64,000 nt of DNA from a virus: the IMG/VR virus record IMGVR_UViG_3300025687_000040; one strand, given 5' to 3'. A program made the position numbers and the translations under genes. Shown one piece after another: positions 58,545-64,000 of the stretch (the stretch's first letter is position 1; each line of letters starts with the position of its first letter). The notes beneath the pieces are model-generated. The model was not told the DNA's origin. It ran no database searches and saw only the letters and a program-made list of their open reading frames with translations.

Positions 58545-59100
58545 TGAATAGGAAGGTCTAAATCATATAATCTCTCCAATCGCAAGCGTAACTGCGATTG
58601 TAACTGAGAGGGCATATAGGAGTATAACTTAGATCTTAACCGCCAGTCTAATTCAGAGTCTAAACATAAGCATAACGACGGATATAACTGCCAGTGAAAA
58701 TAAATGTATAAATGCGATTCTAACTGCCGACTATTCACTACCTTTCTCCAACTGCGAGTTTAGCTGCGAGTTTAGCTGCAAGTATAACTGCCAGTGTAAC
58801 TGCCAGTGTAACTGCGAGCTTAAATGCAAGTATAACTTTAAGTCTAACTGCGAGTGAAACTGCGAGTATAACTGCGAGTGAAACTGCGAGTTTAAGTGCG
58901 AGCTATTCACTATCTCTATCCAACTGCGAGTATAACTGCGAGTGTAACTGCGAGTATAACCGCCGGTATAACTGCGAGTGTAACTGCGAGTGTAACTGCG
59001 AGTTCAACTGCCAGAGTAACTGCCAGTATAACTGCGAGTGTAACTGCAAGACTAACTGTTCGCGTAACTGTAAGCTATTCATTAGTCCTGCCCCACTGAT
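58545..59100. repeat. Tandem array of three blocks (~172 bp each) of 13 units of 12 bp (consensus TAACTGCGAGTG)
   Basis: Three successive blocks each contain 13 units of 12 bp. Each is preceded by a ~16-nt punctuation such as ATTCACTATCTCTATCC. The left block is the most degenerate and the right block the best conserved. The ORFs reported inside read periodic artefacts such as (TASV)n and (SQLH)n. Confidence 0.85.
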
Positions 59101-59704
59101 CCGCCATTGCTTCACCAATACCCTTAAAAAAAATAGATCGTCTTTTCCCCCTATCTTTACCAGGACTCATATAATGTGTTTTATCAGTATCTTTTTTTAA
59201 CATATTTTTCATAAGATACTTAACATTGTTGGTTTCTCGTAAAAGAGGAAGGCCAAACAACCAAAGGGCAGTTTTCTTATTCTCTGTGTGTCCGAATTGC
59301 CAAGGTTGGATTATCTGAGAGTACGGACCCATGTATTCTAAAGCATAGGAGTGTGGGACGGGATTTTCAAGAGCAATACGGGGAATTCCGCAGTCTCTTA
59401 ATTTCTGAAAAAACTCCCCGCCTTTTCTCATATTCTCCCATCGGGTTTCGTCTCTACCATTTGTCTTAACTCCTTTTTTATAGAGCCATCGGACTGAAGA
59501 GTTGCAGAGATATGTACACGGAGGATGAAATATGGCTAAATCCCAGGTTCCTTTAGTTCTATTTAGTACGGAAAATATATCTTCTTGATAATGTTGTCCA
59601 GGGCTTAAAGTGGGTTCTGTGTCACACGACCACGCATCGTGACCACGAGAAGAAAATGCGTCTCGTACCACCCCCGAAAATTCGCATCCGATAATGACTC
59701 TCAC
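59075..59704 (-). CDS. Small orphan C5-cytosine DNA methyltransferase-like protein
   Basis: Motif I-like IIGCEFSGV, the PC catalytic motif FHPPCTYL and the ENV-like ALENPVP. No cognate restriction gene is nearby. Confidence 0.5.
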   Translation of the reverse strand: MRVIIGCEFSGVVRDAFSSRGHDAWSCDTEPTLSPGQHYQEDIFSVLNRTKGTWDLAIFHPPCTYLCNSSVRWLYKKGVKTNGRDETRWENMRKGGEFFQKLRDCGIPRIALENPVPHSYALEYMGPYSQIIQPWQFGHTENKKTALWLFGLPLLRETNNVKYLMKNMLKKDTDKTHYMSPGKDRGKRRSIFFKGIGEAMADQWGRTNE

Positions 59705-59777
59705 TTATTGCATCTTTCTAACTTTTTGGTGTATAGATAAGTAGTGACGTTCTGAATGTCTTATCTAGGAGTAAATT

Positions 59778-60476
59778 ATGCAGGTTGGCGATAAAATTGG
59801 AAAATTAGAAGTTTTAGAATTACGAGTCAAAAAACGTAATAATGGGGTCTATTATCATCTATGCCGCTGTGATTGTGGAAATAAGAAGGCTATGAAGGAG
59901 TACAACATTAAAAACAGCAAGGGGTGTGGATGTGGTGCTAAGGAAAAAACGGCGGGCATAGAAAATGGACAGACGTATGGAAAATGGACTGTGATTCGAG
60001 AATATTCTCGTAAGTCGTCTAAAAATAGGAATTGGTATCATTTGTGTCAATGCGAATGTGGTAACCATCAACACGTTCTTGGCGGTAACCTAAAAATGGG
60101 AAAATCAAACCAATGTATGAAATGTTCTGTAGAGTCTGAAGACACTTTACAGAATAAAATTTTTAGAGCCTATAAAAGCAGTGCAAAAGACAGAGGGCAT
60201 AGTTTTGATTTAGATTTGACCTATTTTTTGAAGGAGATAGATAAACCATGTCATTATTGTGGGGCTAAAAATTCTCGGACCACTTCAACTTATCATAAAG
60301 ACGAATCAAAAAGAAGGCATCTATTGTCTAATGGTTTAGATAGGGTAGATAATAATATAGGATATACTGAAGAAAACTGCGTCCCTTGCTGTACTACTTG
60401 TAACAGTATGAAAATGTGTTTGGGAAAAGATGAATTCTTGACCCATATTCAAAAGATCTATGATTTTAATCATTAA
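59778..60476 (+). CDS. HNH endonuclease (homing-type) with duplicated N-terminal Zn-binding modules
   Basis: Duplicated VYYHLCRCDCGN and NWYHLCQCECGN. The C-terminal NGLDRVDNNIGYTEENCVPCCTTCN is an HNH-like core. Confidence 0.6.
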   Translation: MQVGDKIGKLEVLELRVKKRNNGVYYHLCRCDCGNKKAMKEYNIKNSKGCGCGAKEKTAGIENGQTYGKWTVIREYSRKSSKNRNWYHLCQCECGNHQHVLGGNLKMGKSNQCMKCSVESEDTLQNKIFRAYKSSAKDRGHSFDLDLTYFLKEIDKPCHYCGAKNSRTTSTYHKDESKRRHLLSNGLDRVDNNIGYTEENCVPCCTTCNSMKMCLGKDEFLTHIQKIYDFNH

Positions 60477-60657
60477 TTAACCTTATCAAATTCATAAACC
60501 ATGTCCCAACATACGTCACACGTATGACAAGTAATTAATTGTTTGGGGATACCCGTAAGCTTGATTACATTATCAGCAGTAAGATTCTTAGTGTCTTGGC
60601 ATTGTGGACAGATTGGCAGTTTGTGGGAAATGCAGTCTGCCCTAATTTGGATAAATT

Positions 60658-61089
60658 TTATGATACCCCTTTCTCATGTATATTCCCGATCACTTCACAC
60701 TCAAAAGTATTATTTATATTCCAATTTATATTCTTCTCATCATTTTTATAAAAAAAGCCAGAACGTTCTTCTGAGAAATATATCTCTCCACTATGTTCAA
60801 ACTGATAAAACCAAGCTGGCTCACATTTAACTATATCGCCCTCATAGATCTCTTTACCGTTTCTGTCTTTAATGCCGGTGTATTGTTGGACGACAACATG
60901 ATTAGACACATCTTCTTTTACAAGTCCAGACGAAAACATTCCACCATAGTCATTGTAGATATCGTATACCTTATTTGGAAATACGTGATCTAACTCTAAT
61001 CCCTCATACTGATTTGCGTTAGAGATTAATAGATCATATCGAAATTTGTTGACTCTTTTATCCCAGAATCTAAATTTAATATCTCTCAT
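60658..61089 (-). CDS. YopX-family protein
   Basis: N-terminal MRDIKFRFWDK and C-terminal ...IGNIHEKG match YopX. Confidence 0.6.
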   Translation of the reverse strand: MRDIKFRFWDKRVNKFRYDLLISNANQYEGLELDHVFPNKVYDIYNDYGGMFSSGLVKEDVSNHVVVQQYTGIKDRNGKEIYEGDIVKCEPAWFYQFEHSGEIYFSEERSGFFYKNDEKNINWNINNTFECEVIGNIHEKGVS

Positions 61090-61513
61090 TAATTTCCTTT
61101 ACTACTGGACAGTTTTCAAAAGTGCAAAATTCTATTCTGTAATCATTGTTTTTGTGATTTACCGCCTTAATAATGATGTATGTGCCAAAATCAAATGATC
61201 CAGCCCCATTGCCAATAGCAACAGATGTTACTAACGCTTTTGATGAATTGTATATAATAGTGTCGCCGGGCCTGATGTCTTTTCCAAGTATAATTTCATA
61301 CATTATTCGTTTATCAACTCCTTCATCAGCTTCAAGAACTTGGTCAAGCATTTTTTTAGCAGTTAAAAGATCATCAGATTCAACACATTCAACAACCTGC
61401 CTTAGAATTTCTCTTCTAAACCCTGGCTGAGTATTGATTCTCTCAGTAACGGTCAAACTAAATGATTTGCCTATTTGATCTACTGCGTTTTCGATTTGTT
61501 CGTCAGAACTCAT
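61076..61513 (-). CDS. Hypothetical protein
   Basis: Called from the ORF. Confidence 0.25.
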   Translation of the reverse strand: MSSDEQIENAVDQIGKSFSLTVTERINTQPGFRREILRQVVECVESDDLLTAKKMLDQVLEADEGVDKRIMYEIILGKDIRPGDTIIYNSSKALVTSVAIGNGAGSFDFGTYIIIKAVNHKNNDYRIEFCTFENCPVVKEINERY

Positions 61514-61947
61514 TTATCAACCCCTTCAAAGATATTTCCGACAACAATAAATTGTTTGAAATTAAAAGTTACAATATTGCAGTCATTATGACCCCAATAG
61601 GCAGCGAGTCCACCAGTTTTCCATTTTACTTCACACTGAACCCAATTCGTTTTTTCTTCCGAAAGTTCAAGTCCGACGATGAATGGACCAGATTTATGTG
61701 GATATAGAACATAATCTCCCTCGTAAATCTCTCGACCATTCTTATCTTTGAGTCCGGTATATTGCTGGATGACTATATCATCCATTTGGCAGTTGATATT
61801 ACTGTGTTCTTTACTTTTTCTGTCATAAAGAAATACCTCGCAACCTTTTCCGTAGTCCTTTAAAGAAAGAATAGGATCTTCCTCTGCCCACGGATCAAGC
61901 CATCGGTTTTCTTTTTTGTGCCAAACCCGAAATTTAATATTTCTCAT
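61510..61947 (-). CDS. YopX-family protein (paralogue of 60658..61089)
   Basis: MRNIKFRVWHKKENRW ... VVGNIFEG. Confidence 0.6.
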   Translation of the reverse strand: MRNIKFRVWHKKENRWLDPWAEEDPILSLKDYGKGCEVFLYDRKSKEHSNINCQMDDIVIQQYTGLKDKNGREIYEGDYVLYPHKSGPFIVGLELSEEKTNWVQCEVKWKTGGLAAYWGHNDCNIVTFNFKQFIVVGNIFEGVDK

Positions 61948-62380
61948 TAATATTTATCCTAACTTTCAAAAACCCATCTTTATCTTGATTGGATGATGCC
62001 CAGCCTATATGTTCACATTGTTTTCTCCAAGTGATCTCACCCTTTTTGGATACGTACATTGGTTGCCCTGTGGGTATTTTATCATATTTCCTATGGATAA
62101 CAATTTCACCATCTTGTAAGATTCTGATCTTATTTCCTAAATTTACTACATTTGAACGGGCATGACTTGGGTGCTTTGTTAAATCAATATTTACCACATA
62201 TACGGTAGAGACGCCCAATAATTTATCTCCCGGTTTTCTGTTTTTAAAACTTCGGGCCATCATAGGATCGTCGTCGTAGTTTCCATACAAAGGATCGCCA
62301 ATTTCAATTTCGTCTTCGCAGAACCATTGAATTGCTTCGCTTATGCTGTCAGTTACTCTCGCTCTCATTTTCCACCCCAC
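61934..62380 (-). CDS. Hypothetical protein
   Basis: The track start is a GTG. The ATG giving MRARVTDS lies 12 nt inside. Confidence 0.25.
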   Translation of the reverse strand: MGWKMRARVTDSISEAIQWFCEDEIEIGDPLYGNYDDDPMMARSFKNRKPGDKLLGVSTVYVVNIDLTKHPSHARSNVVNLGNKIRILQDGEIVIHRKYDKIPTGQPMYVSKKGEITWRKQCEHIGWASSNQDKDGFLKVRININEKY

Positions 62381-62587
62381 TCATTCCAATGATCGTACAT
62401 ATCTGTCATTCCAATGATCGTACATATCTGCCCTTGACTTTAATAGTTTTTCCCGATCTTCTTTTGAAATAAAGATAGGATTTACATCCATTAGACTTAC
62501 TGGCGGCACATTCCAGAAGGGTATTTTAGCATTTAAATGGGGAATGTCAATATATCCGTCTGGCTCTTTTTCTGACTTGTCAGTCAT
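62381..62587 (-). CDS. Hypothetical small protein (3' end altered by a 25-bp tandem duplication)
   Basis: The ORF ends within two direct copies of CAGATATGTACGATCATTGGAATGA. Confidence 0.25.
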   Translation of the reverse strand: MTDKSEKEPDGYIDIPHLNAKIPFWNVPPVSLMDVNPIFISKEDREKLLKSRADMYDHWNDRYVRSLE

Positions 62588-62799
62588 TTATCAACTCCAT
62601 AATAATATCCATATGTATCCAGTGGAACCTTGTAGGTATTGCTGGTTTCAGTAATAATCATCTTGTATAAACGACCATCTGGATGATGACCATTTTGATG
62701 TTCGAGCCATAGTTCAATAGCAGAGTCTTCATCTTCTGCGTTTACAAAGTCAAAACCTTCGTTGCCATCTCTTTCCCACATTACAATGTAATTAGTCAT
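62584..62799 (-). CDS. Hypothetical small protein
   Basis: Called from the ORF. Confidence 0.2.
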   Translation of the reverse strand: MTNYIVMWERDGNEGFDFVNAEDEDSAIELWLEHQNGHHPDGRLYKMIITETSNTYKVPLDTYGYYYGVDK

Positions 62800-62802
62800 T
62801 TG

Positions 62803-63027
62803 TCAACTCCTAAATTCTGTTCTATAAGTATACCACCAAACTTTACATTTATGACATTCAGTTCTGTATTCTGGATCAAGAATCATTTTAGTGGTTTGTA
62901 GTGGAGTGCTGACGGTCTTTGTATCATGATATAGAGGGCAGATTTCTAACTTTGATTCCATAACCACTTTTCCTTCATGGTATTTTGGAACATCAATATA
63001 TTTATATTCCTTCATGTTTAACCTCAA
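62803..63027 (-). CDS. Hypothetical small protein (Cys/His pair; possible Zn-binding)
   Basis: Called from the ORF. Contains CPLYHD...CHKC. Confidence 0.2.
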   Translation of the reverse strand: MRLNMKEYKYIDVPKYHEGKVVMESKLEICPLYHDTKTVSTPLQTTKMILDPEYRTECHKCKVWWYTYRTEFRS

Positions 63028-63521
63028 TATTTTTCACAGTAACAACTCTTCCCATCTTCAAGGTAGCGATTACATCCTCGACAAAAATGTCGGAATACTT
63101 TAGCTCTATCCTCTTGAGATAGCTCTTTTAATTGAGCTAGTGATACGCTTGGCAGGTCTATCATAACACCTGTTGGAGCAAAGTCAACAGCTTTAAATCC
63201 AGTTTTGATTTTCTCAAAGGTCGCTGAATCAATATCAACGGGATCATCATAAATTGGGCTACCATTCTTAAATCCACGAATATTATGAACCCACCCTTTT
63301 GACTCATAACCGCATCTTGGACAGGTATAAATACCCATACAAAAACAGTGACTACCCTGAGCAGCCATGATACATCCACATTCTTTACAATCAATAGCTC
63401 CGAGGCATCCCGCTCCGGGTTGGTTTCTCCAGCTATAATCAATTGGTTCTGTTCTGGTTTTACCAGTGTCGATTATGTAATCACTCATATTTATCCCTAG
63501 TAATAGTCTGGATGCGAACAC
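63024..63521 (-). CDS. Cys-rich zinc-binding protein
   Basis: GCLGAIDCKECGC...CFC...CPRCGY and CRGCNRY...CYCEKY. Confidence 0.3.
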   Translation of the reverse strand: MFASRLLLGINMSDYIIDTGKTRTEPIDYSWRNQPGAGCLGAIDCKECGCIMAAQGSHCFCMGIYTCPRCGYESKGWVHNIRGFKNGSPIYDDPVDIDSATFEKIKTGFKAVDFAPTGVMIDLPSVSLAQLKELSQEDRAKVFRHFCRGCNRYLEDGKSCYCEKY

Positions 63522-63748
63522 TGAACATAATTACCACCAGAAGACAAAGCTGCTATAAACCCGTTTTCTGAGTAATCTTTATGAGATTTGTCTACAAGTA
63601 CAAACTGCCCCCCTTCGTAGCCAGAGGCTCTTTGTAGGTCGCTGATAGCTTTGGAAAAATCCGAGTACCATCCATCTATATTTCTTTCTCGGTTATCATA
63701 AGAAACTAGATTTCCGTTGAATTTGTATAGCCTGTATTCTTTTTGCAT
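63497..63748 (-). CDS. Hypothetical small protein
   Basis: Called from the ORF. Confidence 0.2.
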   Translation of the reverse strand: MQKEYRLYKFNGNLVSYDNRERNIDGWYSDFSKAISDLQRASGYEGGQFVLVDKSHKDYSENGFIAALSSGGNYVQCSHPDYY

Positions 63749-63897
63749 AAGTGTGAATATACCGCCTCTCTAAATTCTGTATCTGACAAACCCCATTCAT
63801 TGGCTATTAGAATAAGATGTTGTGGTAAAGAAAATCGGAGTCCATATCTGGTTTCGGGGTATTCTATTATCTTACCACGCGGCAAGCCGCGTGTCAA
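63706..63897 (-). CDS. Hypothetical small protein
   Basis: Called from the ORF. Confidence 0.2.
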   Translation of the reverse strand: MTRGLPRGKIIEYPETRYGLRFSLPQHLILIANEWGLSDTEFREAVYSHLCKKNTGYTNSTEI

Positions 63898-64000
63898 GTT
63901 AATTCACAAGATCGCAGATGTATTCCAGAATGAACACTCTCGGAGCCAGCCAGCATTTCAGAGCGACTTGGATGGGCGAGAGAGTAGCACAGAAAGTGAG

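Noticed and set aside
58545-59100. A possible CRISPR array.
   Set aside because: The repeats are 12 bp and directly abutting with no unique spacers, and there are no cas genes. This is a tandem microsatellite-like array, not a CRISPR.
58535-59118. The ORFs 58535..58738 (-), 58896..59099 (+) and 58903..59118 (-), with translations such as (TASV)n and (SQLH)n.
   Set aside because: They lie entirely within the 12-bp tandem array, and ORFs are open on both strands simply because the unit lacks stop codons. They are treated as non-coding repeat DNA.
63871-63900. The hairpin CACGCGGCAAGCCGCGTG near the right edge, considered as a terminator.
   Set aside because: It lies inside the last minus-strand ORF and has no adjacent T tract on either strand. 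Its function is unclear.

Overview
This window looks like part of a tailed dsDNA phage genome (Caudoviricetes). It is AT-rich (about 35% GC), densely coded, and in four strand blocks: + from 1 to about 45330, - from 45339 to 59704, + from 59778 to 60476, and - from 60658 to the end. The + block opens with the 3' end of a GDP-mannose 4,6-dehydratase gene and three nucleases (Hjc-like, HNH, ERCC4-like). Then comes a head module: a large terminase interrupted by a full intein with a LAGLIDADG homing endonuclease, then portal, scaffold and a putative capsid protein closed by a clear terminator. A Vsr/DUF559-type homing-endonuclease-like gene follows, then a block of fibre-like proteins with paralogous C-terminal modules, connector and tail-tube candidates, acidic chaperone-like proteins, and a 2844-aa tape-measure-like protein carrying five copies of a conserved ~45-aa motif. 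After that come candidate distal-tail and baseplate-hub proteins (Dit- and Tal-like) and a GC-enriched Cys-rich gene pair. The + block ends with a sulfotransferase-like/methyltransferase fusion, a 2OG-Fe(II) oxygenase and a small Cys-rich membrane protein. The minus block holds two Tat-signal proteins (one DUF1501, sulfatase-like), a ManC-type cupin, tRNA-Val and tRNA-Arg, and a second homing endonuclease (HTH, NUMOD3-like motifs and a Vsr-like core). It also holds a sugar-nucleotide and glycosyltransferase cluster, a sigma-70 family factor, and the C-terminal half of a split DnaE (Pol III alpha) that starts with a 36-aa split-intein C fragment. Immediately upstream of dnaE-c lies an ordered tandem array of three blocks of 13 units of 12 bp each, then an orphan C5-cytosine methyltransferase-like gene. 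The right end has an HNH endonuclease, two YopX-like paralogues and small Cys-rich proteins. The most unusual items are the phage-borne split dnaE intein, the adjacent 3x13x12-bp repeat array, the glycan/sulfur accessory genes, and the GC-rich Cys-protein cassette next to modification enzymes. The ORF track treats TTG and GTG as starts, so several reported starts are likely upstream of the true ATG.
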